A stretch of DNA of 63,011 nt, counting the filler, from Stramenopiles sp. TOSAG23-2 (taxonomy: Eukaryota), in assembly GCA_900128395.1 (NCBI GenBank). It is 11 parts of 11 records of this genome, joined end to end, with 100 filler letters (N's around TTAATTAATTAA, not from the genome) between each part and the next. Parts side by side here need not be neighbours in the genome. Positions count along the whole stretch, not along the records: positions 18,546 to 24,618 come from LT650524.1; positions 24,719 to 30,791 come from LT650525.1; positions 30,892 to 36,961 come from LT650526.1; 8 more parts are not named here. One strand, 5' to 3'. The notes under the pieces were generated by a model, which saw only the letters and a program-made list of their open reading frames with translations, had not been told where the DNA came from and made no database searches. Shown here one piece after another: positions 22,782 to 34,247 of the stretch (the stretch's first letter is position 1; each line of letters starts with the position of its first letter). Made by a program: the position numbers and the translations under genes.

Positions 22782-23585
22782 TTAATTTGAACCACCAGTA
22801 TCGGCTGCCGCCCAACCACCAAGTGCCATAATTCCGCCGTCCACCGTGATACTTTCGCCAGTGATAAAACTCGCTTTCTTACTAGCTAAAAAATATACTA
22901 CATTTGCTACTTCTACAGGTTCACCAATTCTATTCATAGGATATCCTTTACCAGCTTCTTCCAAAGACGTGCCATTTTTACTATAAATATCTTTCACCAA
23001 TTGTGTTGCAATTGTACCAGGATTCACAGCGTTCACACGAATATTATAAGGTGCATATTCAACAGCCATTTGTCGTGTCAATGATAAAATTGCGCCTTTG
23101 GTACTAGCATACGCTGGTATACCAGGCTGTGATTGCAATCCTTGAACACTGCTAATATTTACGATAGCAGTTCCTTTTATATTATTGTCCATCCAAAATT
23201 TCAATACATATTTTGATAAGCGAAAATAACTTTTCAAATTAATATCTAAAACTTTATCCCAAACATTCTCATCTAATAAATGAGTTGGTGTTCCATCATC
23301 AAATTGCACACCAACATTATTTACAAGTACATCAATTTGTCCATACAATTCAATCGTTTTCTGAATTAAATTCTCACAACCAGTACCTTCCCCGCAGTCC
23401 GTTTTAATAAATTTTAACATATTTGGATATTTCTCTTCCATTGCCTTCCCTGCAATTTCGTTAATATCTCCACATACAACTTTTATATTGTCTTTGGAAT
23501 CTGTATTGCCATCCTCTTTAATAAAAATCTCACATATTGCTTCCCCGATTCCACTAGCACCACCGCTTACTACTACTACTTTCAT
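22782..23585 (-). CDS. Classical short-chain dehydrogenase/reductase
   Basis: SGGASGIG, VLVNNVG, NISS, YASTK, IRVNAVNPG and FITGESITVDGG. Confidence 0.95.
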   Translation of the reverse strand: MKVVVVSGGASGIGEAICEIFIKEDGNTDSKDNIKVVCGDINEIAGKAMEEKYPNMLKFIKTDCGEGTGCENLIQKTIELYGQIDVLVNNVGVQFDDGTPTHLLDENVWDKVLDINLKSYFRLSKYVLKFWMDNNIKGTAIVNISSVQGLQSQPGIPAYASTKGAILSLTRQMAVEYAPYNIRVNAVNPGTIATQLVKDIYSKNGTSLEEAGKGYPMNRIGEPVEVANVVYFLASKKASFITGESITVDGGIMALGGWAAADTGGSN

Positions 23586-23820
23586 GTTTCAATTATTGTA
23601 TTTTCTTTGTCTTTTTTTGTTCTTCTTTGTGAATGAAATGATAATGGAATAATACATATTAATAAATATCTTTTCTCTTTTTATTTTATCATAAAAAATC
23701 TCAAGCTGGGGCCTGGAACGAAAGCTAAAAAAGCCAGGAAAAAAAAGCACGAAAGAAGCTGGAAGAAAGCCCCATCAGAAAGCCAGCAGGAAAGCCAGGA
23801 AAGCGCAAAAAAAGCAACAA

Positions 23821-23861
<41 letters not shown>

Positions 23862-24006
23862 AAACAACAAAAAAAAAACAACACACCACGCACACCCCCC
23901 AACAAAAAAAGGTGTATGTATAATGTGTGTATTATAAAAAAAATCTGTCTTGCATTTATTGTATTGGACAACAGAAAGAAACACAACAATAGAAGAAAAC
24001 AACAAC

Positions 24007-24618
24007 ATGGAACAAAAACAACAAAAGAAAATGAAAAAACCTCCTAGTTATGGACTTTCGTATAGACATTTTATCCAAGCATCAAATAAAACAATATGGA
24101 TTATGTATTTGTTGAAAATAATAGAAGCAACATCATATATTTCAGGTTCCCTTGTTTTAAAACCATATCTTATGGAGAATTTTAATTTTACAGACTATGA
24201 AGCTGGCGTAGCATATGGTATTTATGGTGTACAAATATCTATCATTGGAGTTCTTATGGGGATAGTGATCGATAAAGTTGGTATTCGGTTATCTTTTCTC
24301 TATGGGTTGTTTATTTTGACATTGGCACGTGTTCATTTATCTTTGACAAATAATAAAACACATTTATTATGGAATTTATATTTATTTTTGCCGCTTGGAA
24401 CAGCCTTTGGTATTCCAGTATTATTCATCAGTTTACGACGTTATAGTGCCAAATGTGATGGTGGGTTCGTTTATAGCTTGTTCTTTGTTGCATTAAATTT
24501 AGGTTATCTACTAGGAGGTATTGTAGTGGATATTTTTCGTAACTTATTTGTCCATAAACATGAGAAAAATAACATTGCAGATCCAAATAAATCCATATTC
24601 CAACAAATGACGGCATAT
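24007..24618 (+). CDS. MFS transporter (POT/PTR-like), 3'-truncated
   Basis: Six TM helices, motif A-like GIVIDKVGIR, and YSLFFVALNLG. Confidence 0.8.
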
Positions 24619-24720
24619 NNNNNNNNNNNNNNNNNNNNNNNNNNNNNNNNNNNNNNNNNNNNTTAATTAATTAANNNNNNNNNNNNNNNNNNNNNNNNNN
24701 NNNNNNNNNNNNNNNNNNTT

Positions 24721-25185
24721 AAAGATTTTGAGGGTTCATTAGGAGCCTCGGGACAAGCACAATGGGCATTCGATATGTCAATAGGTAAAATTGATATTGA
24801 AGGATTAGTTTCAGCAGATAATAATACTCTTCAGGAAATTGAAGAAATAATTTTTGAAATTGCTATGGATAATGGTGATGTAATTGATATTATAATAAAT
24901 GACAATGTAGAGGATGATAATCATAACAATAATATTAATAATTTTTGTATCTTGTGTGATTTTAATGATTTAAATAATATTTCTAAAGCAATAAACAATG
25001 ATTTAGTTAAAAAAAATGAAGGAAGTAGTATGAATGTTGGCTATGTACATATACCAAAAGATGAAAATGTAATTGAATTATCAGACGATGATAATGAAAT
25101 AATAGAAAAATTGAATGAAATGATAAGTGAATTTGAAGATTTAGATGATGTACAAAACGTATTTCATAATGTTGGAAATTTGTAG
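24721..25185 (+). CDS. TACO1: YebC/TACO1 family protein, 3' part
   Basis: Frame open from the contig start: EGSLGASGQAQWAF...FEDLDDVQNVFHN, the YebC C-terminal signature. Confidence 0.85.
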   Translation, partial: KDFEGSLGASGQAQWAFDMSIGKIDIEGLVSADNNTLQEIEEIIFEIAMDNGDVIDIIINDNVEDDNHNNNINNFCILCDFNDLNNISKAINNDLVKKNEGSSMNVGYVHIPKDENVIELSDDDNEIIEKLNEMISEFEDLDDVQNVFHNVGNL

Positions 25186-25197
25186 AAGAGATTTGTG

Positions 25198-26357
25198 GGT
25201 CTGAAATATAATCAGCCGTACCAGGTTTAGAGCCTCATCCTCTTAAAATTAGGGTTAGCGAGATTTGGTAGTGTTGATTAAACTAAGTATAAATAATACA
25301 ATATCCCCTATCTGAATCTACTATTTATTTTACCTGCTGTGTCCTTACTAATTGGCTTTGGCGGGGGAACATCCAAAGATCTTCACGTATCGATTGAAAT
25401 TGATTAACACACATAACCATAATTCTGGTAATAAGAAAGCAGCTGAAGAATATGTTGAAACTAGAAAAGCAGCTGCTGAAGCATCATCAAAACCAGTAGT
25501 CAAACTACCAGTTTTGAAATTAAATGGTAAATTTGAATGTGATACTATACCATCTTCTGAGTTACCATCTCAAACATGTATAATGATTGGAGCAGATCCA
25601 AATGGTAAGAAAGTGCATTACAAATATGACTATTGTTTCTGTGATATTTGCTTTAATTGTCTTATTGGAAACGATGAAGGTAATCACATCAAAAAAAAGA
25701 AGAAAAAATCAAGCAGGTAAACGTAAAAGCAAGCGAAAAAAGAAAAAGAAGCAAAATGACAATAGTAATAATAATAATAACAACATTGATATTGATGATA
25801 ATAATAGCAACGACGACGATAAAGAAAAGATTACATACAAGTTGTTTTATATAACAAAAGAAGCATTTAAAAGACACCAAGCAACACGAACAACTGGTAC
25901 TAATTGTTGGCAGGTGATTGGACAGTTTTGTAATTTTATCAGAAAAACTGATGATGGATTGTATGAATTCAAAATGGAAACAACAAAAACAACCCTTGCT
26001 GTGACACAACTAGCATATACGGATGAATCAGTTTTTCCAATAGCAGATCTAACACGCAATAAGTTGAAGATATCTAGTGTTGATCATTTGTATTGCAAAT
26101 GTTACGATGGGTATGAAATTATTTATTGAATATGAAATATATGTAAATGTGTGTGTTTTTTTGTAAAATATCANNNNNNNNNNNNNNNNNNNNNNNNNNN
26201 NNNNNNNNNNNNNNNNTGTAAATGTGTGTGTTTTTTTTGTAAAATATTTTGTAAAATTGTTATTATTAAGTAATTTATACTCTAAGAAGTACAAAAATTT
26301 TCCCTATAATAGGGATAGATTCCCTTGCTAATGGTACGGCTGATTATATTTCAGACC
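25198..26357. mobile_element. TIR DNA transposon (probably non-autonomous) with 26-bp perfect TIRs and a 4-bp TGTG target-site duplication
   Basis: GGTCTGAAATATAATCAGCCGTACCA at 25198-25223 and its exact reverse complement at 26332-26357; TGTG at 25194-25197 and 26358-26361. Confidence 0.9.
25352..26129 (+). pseudogene. Frameshifted coding remnant inside the TIR element
   Basis: Two overlapping ORFs (25352-25720, 25587-26129) can be joined at the A-run near 25691. They contain CFCDIC, a Lys-rich NLS-like tract and a poly-Asn linker; no DDE triad was recognised. Confidence 0.5.
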
Positions 26358-26936
26358 TGTGGAAGAAGGAGAGAGAGAGAGAGGAGGGGATTGAGACACT
26401 AAAAATTTAAACAAAATTTTCTAGATATAAAATTTTCTTGTTCAGTGAAAATTTAGAAGAGTGTGTTTGAAATATATACACACACACACACCCCGGTTTG
26501 TATGCCTGGTATGCATTTTGGCAAAAAAAAGACAAGTAGATGGAGTAAGGTTTTCAATAATATTTGTGTTTAAAGTAACTTCACCTTTGCGTCTTCTTAC
26601 TATTAAATGTAACATATTTGGTATATATACCTGAATATAGCAAATTCTTTGGAAAATACAAGTGCACAGCATGAATACTTTGGAAAATACAGGCACACAG
26701 CATGCTCCATTATTCTCTCTCCTGCCGCCACCAGCGTAGAGCTAGTGCCAGCAGGCCAGCTGGGCCAGCCAGTAGCTTGTGATATATTAATGCAATGGCA
26801 CAATGTACACATATATCTTTAGATATACTTTATTATATTTACAAAGAGAGAAATGTGCAAATATAATAAACACTTCTGTTACTAACAAGCTTACAAGCAG
26901 TACGACAACCTTTTATACTCTTCGCACTTAATAATA

Positions 26937-29900
26937 TTGGTAAGGATAATGCCAAAGATACTCTCACAACGTCTCTTGACAACATGTTGTACAACTGATA
27001 GTTTAATTACTACACACCAAAAACAATCCAATGATTTTATTAACGCCTTGGAACTTCTATACATAACATTTATTTATGGAAGGAAAAAGAAAGGTTCCGG
27101 GAATCATTTATTGAAATTATCATTTGTTACTGTTAAAGAGTTATCAATGATACGTGGCACTTGCAAAGCTGCAAAAACAACGCTAAAATTATCACCATTG
27201 TGGTTATATAAACTTAAACATGCAATAATTAATCCGCAAGATTTACCAGTGTCGTTTTCCTTTTATTTATTAAGTTCTACTTTATTTTCAAATATGAATA
27301 ACGAAAAATTTATGCGTCAAATATTACCCGGGTTCAATGAAGCGGCATTATTAACAGATGCTGAAAAAAGCAAAAATAACACAATTATATGGACAGAATT
27401 AATTGTGCATCCAACGGCGAAAGAAACCAAATCATATTGGTTAAAACAACTCCAAGATATGGTTTTAGCAAGAGCTTCACCATCATTAACAGATGTAAAG
27501 AAGATAGTGTTGGTAGTATTATCACTGTTTCATCCAACGTTAAAAACAGATAATGAAGAGAAAAAAAGTGGAGAAGATAGCAGTGACGATGTGATAACCT
27601 CACAATATCTTGTAGATATGTTATCAGAATTGGATGGAAAATTAAATAAAGTGATTTCAAGTTTTTTAATTGCTTTTTTTCTTTATCCCTCACGAACTTG
27701 GGGTGGAATATTTCAAAAAGAAGTATTGCTAGAATTAATCCATGAAGAAAAAAAAAAAGGTTTTACGCAAGATGTAAATTCTGATAAATTATTTCCCCCA
27801 TTACGTGGTAACAATAATCAAGTCCAAGCTCAAACTGCAACTACTTCGGTATGGGAGCAGGATTCATCCAATGTTAAAGCGTGCGTTAAAGCGTACGGGC
27901 CGTACCAAGAAGAGCTTGCAATAATGGAATCCTGTAGCAACATTCAACATCCAGGGAAATTATTACAAGATGTTGAATCGATTCGTAAAACAATAGGATT
28001 TTCTTATTTAGTATCTGTTGAAGAAATTGTTACCACTAATAAATGGAAAATTCAGCCATTATCTTTTTCGACACGAAAAAAAAAGTTAATGCTTGAATCG
28101 ATTGCAAATTTAAATGCATTGCAATTGTATGATATATTTAAACATCCTCAACTTTGGAAACAAATATTTAAATCCTTTGGCTTGCGTTCTTTATTGTTGA
28201 AAAAAATATCAGCTATGTATGCTAAAACAAGTATAGTAGATGATAATAATAATAATAAGTATTCAACATTGTTATTGTTTTATTATTTTTTAATGCAAGA
28301 AAAATATCCAACATGCAAAGAGAAATTTGAAGAGAGAAAATGGAAAGAAAGAGTGGTCAACCCATTAAAAAATCTTTGCGACAGTGGGTTTTTTCAAATG
28401 TTAAACGTTGATTACAATAATGATGATAATAATGATAACAAGACGGGTTCGCCTTGGCTTGCATCAACTTATCAACCATTATTATCGAAAAAAAAATTAC
28501 CAAAGCCAAGTCGTATGACAGTGACAAATATCTTATCCAAAAGAGGAAATACGAAACAATCTTGGTTATTGCTAATAAATACATCAAGCTGCACACTTTC
28601 GCAAGTATTCATGAATATTAGAAATTTAATGCTTATTAATTTTCCAATTGATAAATTGCGTGAATATTGTATGAAACTTTTAAATAAAGTATTTCTAAAA
28701 AAAGACAATGATGTTAATGCAAAAAGTAATGGTAGTATGGAGTTTTTAATAACTTTAATGAAATTAAAACATTTGTTTAAAAATGAATTCAATGACAATT
28801 TTGTTGCGAGAATAGTAGAATCAATCCATAAAGTAACAGCAGAATCAGATGAAGAAGACAATACTGTTGTTGATACTAATAATAATGATGATAATAACAA
28901 TAACAACAAAAAGGTAGAAGATGAAACGCTAAACAAAACGCAATATACGTTATCAAATGATGAATGTTTCATAATAATGCCGGAAAAATTGTATACAGAT
29001 AAAAAAGGAAATTTGTATGGCGTGGCAAAAAAAAAAGTTGTATCAAAACAATTTGATAGTAATTCTGTAAAAGAATATCTAGAGTTTATAAATGAATTAT
29101 TACAAAACGAAGCATTGAAAATTCAATCAGTTGGATCTATTGGTAGTGATGACATTGATGTGTTTCCAGTGATATCATTAACACCTGAGCTCCATGATAA
29201 TTGCATACGAACAGGTCAACCACCTGTAGAACCATCCTACTCTACAACTTCAATGTGGAGAAACGAATGTTTATGTATTCAACAGTTACTACAGCACGAT
29301 ACAAATATTGCTGGACGTGAAAATATTAATGACAAAAGCAATACAATGACAAAAGAAGATGACAGAAATAACAATAATAATAATAATAACAATAACAACA
29401 ACAATGAAGAAAAAAATAATTTACTTGATAGTCTTGCTAAAAAAAGTGATTCATCGCCAAAAGTTAAAGGAGAAAATGACAATGATTTAGAATTGGTAAT
29501 AGGTATTACTTGGTGTGAAAAAAAAAATGGACCAACGGTTGATTTAGATTTGTCTGCAATTATGTATACAGCTAATTGGGATGAATTATATAATTGCAGC
29601 TATCATAATTTAAAGAGGCCTGGTGCGCAACATTCTGGGGATATAACATCTGCTCCATATCCAAAAGGAGCAAGAGAATCCATACATTTTAAATTTAATG
29701 AAATGGCAGTTGATAAAGTAAAATATGTAGCTTTTACAGTGCATAATTTTACTGGACAACCAATGGATAATGTTTGTAGCGACGCATCCATTTTCGTTGC
29801 GCATGGTAATAAAACTGGGACAGGGCCAGGTGGTTTAGATATTATAGTTGCTAGTGCTTTGAAATCTGAAGGTACAAATTCTATTTCTGGTGTATTGATT

Positions 29901-30665
29901 ATTGGTCGTGATACTAAATTTAATGTTGATAATGATGCATTTATTTCTTCTTACAAAGAAAATTATGAAGTACGATTAATTTCTATCGATGCAGCACCAA
30001 AAAAAATTAAATCTCAGCAAGCAACTCAAACATCAAATTTAACACGGGATATGGTTAAAAGAAATATTGATTCTGGAAATTACATTGGGAAGCCATCCAA
30101 ATTACCATTGATAACTATAGCTGCACTTAATGCAGGCATTTGCGGGAACAAGGTGTTAATTGAACATGGTGAAATTCAACGTGTTGATGAAACTATTGCA
30201 ACAACTAATACTATACTGGAAAAAGAAACAGATGAATCTATCATAGATTACATTGAACGTATTGTTGCAACCTTAAATGCTTTACCTGTAACTATCTCCC
30301 CAAATTATAGTAACCTATTTGATTCACTAATAAGTAAGATGAATGATAAGCATATAAAGGAACAACAAATGGTGTTAATTATCGGAACCCAAAATGATAT
30401 TAATATGTCACGTGATATATGTAATACGTTTACAATTAAAACACAAGGTGGTAAAAATGACTGGCTGTTGGGGGTTGCTAATTTACGCACCCATAAAGCA
30501 AGTTCTGAAGTTCACACCTTTGCTGGGGTTTCATCGAATATTTTAATAATTGAAAATGTAGATATTAGAAAAAGTGTGTATGATTATATTGGTGATATCA
30601 CCTCTACCGATGAAGAAGGGCTTAGGGAAAGTGCAGTCGACCTTCAAGTAAAAGACGAGGAATAA
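26937..30665 (+). CDS. Large protein with a helical (TROVE-like) region and a TerD-family domain
   Basis: IGITW...VDLDLSA...SYHNL...HSGDITSAP..GARESI...YVAFTVHNFTGQ is a TerD signature. W.LL......LSQVFMNIRNL resembles the TROVE W..L...ALLRNL block. The first ATG is at 26949. Confidence 0.75.
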   Translation: MVRIMPKILSQRLLTTCCTTDSLITTHQKQSNDFINALELLYITFIYGRKKKGSGNHLLKLSFVTVKELSMIRGTCKAAKTTLKLSPLWLYKLKHAIINPQDLPVSFSFYLLSSTLFSNMNNEKFMRQILPGFNEAALLTDAEKSKNNTIIWTELIVHPTAKETKSYWLKQLQDMVLARASPSLTDVKKIVLVVLSLFHPTLKTDNEEKKSGEDSSDDVITSQYLVDMLSELDGKLNKVISSFLIAFFLYPSRTWGGIFQKEVLLELIHEEKKKGFTQDVNSDKLFPPLRGNNNQVQAQTATTSVWEQDSSNVKACVKAYGPYQEELAIMESCSNIQHPGKLLQDVESIRKTIGFSYLVSVEEIVTTNKWKIQPLSFSTRKKKLMLESIANLNALQLYDIFKHPQLWKQIFKSFGLRSLLLKKISAMYAKTSIVDDNNNNKYSTLLLFYYFLMQEKYPTCKEKFEERKWKERVVNPLKNLCDSGFFQMLNVDYNNDDNNDNKTGSPWLASTYQPLLSKKKLPKPSRMTVTNILSKRGNTKQSWLLLINTSSCTLSQVFMNIRNLMLINFPIDKLREYCMKLLNKVFLKKDNDVNAKSNGSMEFLITLMKLKHLFKNEFNDNFVARIVESIHKVTAESDEEDNTVVDTNNNDDNNNNNKKVEDETLNKTQYTLSNDECFIIMPEKLYTDKKGNLYGVAKKKVVSKQFDSNSVKEYLEFINELLQNEALKIQSVGSIGSDDIDVFPVISLTPELHDNCIRTGQPPVEPSYSTTSMWRNECLCIQQLLQHDTNIAGRENINDKSNTMTKEDDRNNNNNNNNNNNNNEEKNNLLDSLAKKSDSSPKVKGENDNDLELVIGITWCEKKNGPTVDLDLSAIMYTANWDELYNCSYHNLKRPGAQHSGDITSAPYPKGARESIHFKFNEMAVDKVKYVAFTVHNFTGQPMDNVCSDASIFVAHGNKTGTGPGGLDIIVASALKSEGTNSISGVLIIGRDTKFNVDNDAFISSYKENYEVRLISIDAAPKKIKSQQATQTSNLTRDMVKRNIDSGNYIGKPSKLPLITIAALNAGICGNKVLIEHGEIQRVDETIATTNTILEKETDESIIDYIERIVATLNALPVTISPNYSNLFDSLISKMNDKHIKEQQMVLIIGTQNDINMSRDICNTFTIKTQGGKNDWLLGVANLRTHKASSEVHTFAGVSSNILIIENVDIRKSVYDYIGDITSTDEEGLRESAVDLQVKDEE

Positions 30666-30678
30666 AAAACAGTGTAAG

Positions 30679-30712
<34 letters not shown>

Positions 30713-31221
30713 TATTTTATAAGAGTTAATATAATATAATAATATATACTGCTTGTGGAGTATTAGTTTGCAGAGGTGCATTAGAGCTTTANNNNNNNNN
30801 NNNNNNNNNNNNNNNNNNNNNNNNNNNNNNNNNNNTTAATTAATTAANNNNNNNNNNNNNNNNNNNNNNNNNNNNNNNNNNNNNNNNNNNNTCTTTTCTT
30901 TTCTTTTCTTTTCTTTTGTTTAATTTCGTTTGTCAATAACTTTGATTTTTTTATAAATTTTCAATTTTTCTTTTTGATTATATGATATGATATCATAACT
31001 CCTTCTGAATATAGACACATACGAATATGTGTTTTATTATTATTTACGAAACGCGTGATATTTTTTCAACGAAAAATAAATAATAGAATATGTGACGACG
31101 TGTATTATTTGATTAATATCATACATGATACATATGATATACATTTTCACTCTTCGACGCGTATGGTGTTGTATATATATGTACATATACCAATTTCATT
31201 TTGTTTTTCCGAACCATAAGA

Positions 31222-32334
31222 TTAATGACGAAATTCATTCATGATTTGTTGTGATCTTTTAAATGCTGGTGTTTGTGGTGCAAATCTTGAACGGAAATTA
31301 AATTTGCCACCACCACTACCACCTGATGCAACAAGTCTTTGTGGAATATTTTGATGATGAGGATTATTATTGTTATTCATACGTCTACCTGGTGATACAG
31401 ATCTGGAACGTCTACCTGGTGATCGTGATGACATATGCCTTGGTTTCAATTGATTGTTATTATTAGTATGATGATTCATTGCATCACCGGACATAGGACG
31501 ACGATGTTGATGAAATGCACCTAATGGTTGTTTATTGACAAAATTATTATTATTTGTTGGTGGTGTACGATGATTGTTGTTTGATGTTGAAAAATATGGT
31601 GAAATATTATTATTATTATTGTTCATATGTTTCGTATTATCAAAATGACCACTGCTATTAGAACGTCGTGGAATGGAATTATTTGCATGAAAATGATTTT
31701 GAAAGACTCCACCTATACTACCAGGAATTTTTGCATTTGGATTTGGACGACCACCAAATGGCAATCTAGGACCAGCGTTATTGGATGACGACGATGAACC
31801 ACGTCGTTGATGTTCGGATAATAAATTATTATAAGTACGATCTAATGCATCATATTTACGTTTCATTTCTTTCATTTCAACTTGTAATGTATCTACATTT
31901 TTTTGTGCATCATTTAATTTACTTTCGACATCATGAACGTATTGACGATATTGTGCATTTGTTCGTTCAAGCTCCTTTACTTGCCTAGTATGATTATCTT
32001 GCAATAAATTTTGATGTTTCAATAACTCTTGACGTTGAAAATCACGAAATTTGATAACTTGTCCAAGAAAATCTAAAGAAGCACCAGGACGTTCGACTAA
32101 AAAAGATAAAACGACGTTAACATCTGATTTAGAAATACGATCACCTTGAAAATTTAATTCCGTAACACCATTCTCTTGATCCATAATAGTATTGCAGATT
32201 GGGCAAGTAAATGTATTATCATCATTATACCCACTCAATCCATCACCGTGACATAATATATGACGACATTTTGTTAAAAAACAGTTACCACCTATAATTT
32301 TTTTACATTTGTTACATTCAAGTATACCTTCCAT
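31222..32334 (-). CDS. HEI10: HEI10/CCNB1IP1-like RING-coiled-coil E3 ligase (Zip3/RNF212 group)
   Basis: N-terminal LECNKC...TKCRHILCHGD...CPIC ring with Asp in place of a Cys ligand, as in plant HEI10, then a coiled coil and a disordered Ser/Arg tail. Confidence 0.65.
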   Translation of the reverse strand: MEGILECNKCKKIIGGNCFLTKCRHILCHGDGLSGYNDDNTFTCPICNTIMDQENGVTELNFQGDRISKSDVNVVLSFLVERPGASLDFLGQVIKFRDFQRQELLKHQNLLQDNHTRQVKELERTNAQYRQYVHDVESKLNDAQKNVDTLQVEMKEMKRKYDALDRTYNNLLSEHQRRGSSSSSNNAGPRLPFGGRPNPNAKIPGSIGGVFQNHFHANNSIPRRSNSSGHFDNTKHMNNNNNNISPYFSTSNNNHRTPPTNNNNFVNKQPLGAFHQHRRPMSGDAMNHHTNNNNQLKPRHMSSRSPGRRSRSVSPGRRMNNNNNPHHQNIPQRLVASGGSGGGKFNFRSRFAPQTPAFKRSQQIMNEFRH

Positions 32335-33781
32335 CGTTGAAAAAAAAAAAATATGTATTTTTATTATTCGTATCAATGTAGAATATGTATATATAATATA
32401 ATATATGTGTTTTTATTAGGAAAAGGTATGCAATGGGAAGAAAGAGATTTTTTTTGTTTGGTTTGTTTTTATATATAATACGTATCGTTCGTGTTTTACT
32501 TTTGTTTCTTTGTCGTTTGTCACGTGTGTGTACGTATGTCGTCTTCTTTGAATTGAAATTCAATTTTCTTATTTAAAAATGTTGTTTTTTGTGTGTGAAA
32601 AATGATGAAATTTGAGTAGTTTTAATGAGGTGGATATTGGTAGGCATGCAGGCTTGGTAGTATACAACTAAAAATCATTCATATTTCATTTATTCAATTT
32701 GTTTAAATGAGGTTAAGGTCATTTTGTTTGATTCTACTAATTATTATCTCTCATTATACTTAGATTAAAATCCCATTTTGACAAAAAGTAGAAGATAGAA
32801 ATCACCAGTGTTTCTAATTGTATTCATATATAATAATACTACTATTAAACATTTATTAGAGTAAATATATCCGAATATATGATATGAATAAAGTGTTGAT
32901 ATTATAATGTAAATATTATTAAATACGATTGATATTTATGACATAAAAAATATACAATGAAATTGAATAAAAAAAGAGAGAGAGAGAGAGATGAGGATTT
33001 TATTATTACCTGAGTATTAGCTGCCATACTGTATATGCGAATAGCATAGCGGTACTCGGTCCCTTCACACTAATGGTGTCTCCTCTATACTGGTCTGCTA
33101 CACTCCTTTCTCCTTTTAAAATGGAGCAAGGAGCGGGGTTTCCTGAGTAGCGAAAAAGCTCCTCCATTTTTTTGCAATTTGCAATTTGCAATCCGCCGGC
33201 GGTCGCAGTTTCATTTTTTCATCGCGATATTAGCTATTAGCTATTGGCATTGATTATATTATACATATTTATAACGGTCCAGGCAGCTTTTGGCGTACAC
33301 ATGTGGCGTACATTCCATATATAGAAAACAAAACAACATCTTTTATATACATATTTACATTATAAATCCAAGATAGACATATATATATATATAAATACAC
33401 GACAAATATTTGCAGAAAGTTGTTCATTAGGTGTTTACGTAGAGAATATTATATACGTATATATATATATATATAATATAAATATATATAACGGAATTTT
33501 ATTTGTATACACGATTTACACATCAATATACACCTCACCTCACTTCCGTTAACAGCCGATACACCGACGACACACCGGCATACCGACACACACACACACA
33601 CACACATCTACACACAAATTCAGAAAAACAAAAAACAAATGTTATCACATGAAAATTCAGTATCGATAATACGTGCATTGAAATATGAAATAGATGAAGA
33701 AAAGAAGAAAACATTGAAATTACAAGCAACTTTAAAAAATAAAACATATGCATTGGAAAATTTAAAAATAATACATCATTA

Positions 33782-34099
33782 ATGAAATTATATCCACCAT
33801 CCCCTATAATCACCAGGAGAAACAACGATAGTGTTCATCATAATAGCAATATGGAAAGTAGTAGTAGTAGTAGTAGTAATAATAATAATAACCAACCAAC
33901 ACGGCCGAAGAATGGAACGAAGAAGAAAATTATTAGTAATAGCAATAATAAAACAACAAATAGAAATTTACGTTTTAAAAGTAGGTGGAGAGAGATTTGT
34001 GGATTGTGTTATGTATTGTGTTTGTTTTTCTCATATCGCGATATCGCGTGCATTTGTCATCTATTATTTTTTTGCTGTTGTTACAAGTATTTAGTTTGA
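33782..34099 (+). CDS. Possible small tail-anchored protein
   Basis: 105-aa ATG ORF with host-typical poly-Ser/Asn tracts and a hydrophobic C-terminus; no family recognised. Confidence 0.25.
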   Translation: MKLYPPSPIITRRNNDSVHHNSNMESSSSSSSNNNNNQPTRPKNGTKKKIISNSNNKTTNRNLRFKSRWREICGLCYVLCLFFSYRDIACICHLLFFCCCYKYLV

Positions 34100-34247
34100 C
34101 TAAAAAATCGCTATACTTGAATTACATTTTGTGTAGTGTGTTTTTGGTAGAAGTATTGTATTTTTATTTCCCGTAGTGAATAGTTTTATTTGTTAAGTGT
34201 GTAAAGTGTACAGTTTTGACACGGTTATGTACAGTTTTGACACGGTT

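Noticed and set aside
23681-24008. Phe-rich minus-strand ORFs
   Set aside because: Translations of a poly-A tract; not credible proteins.
26142-26250. Direct repeat inside the transposon
   Set aside because: The copies flank a 43-N scaffold gap and are probably an unmerged overlap.
33001-33015. U1 snRNA 5' end (TTACCTG)
   Set aside because: No ATACTTACCTG start, U1-70K loop or Sm site follows.
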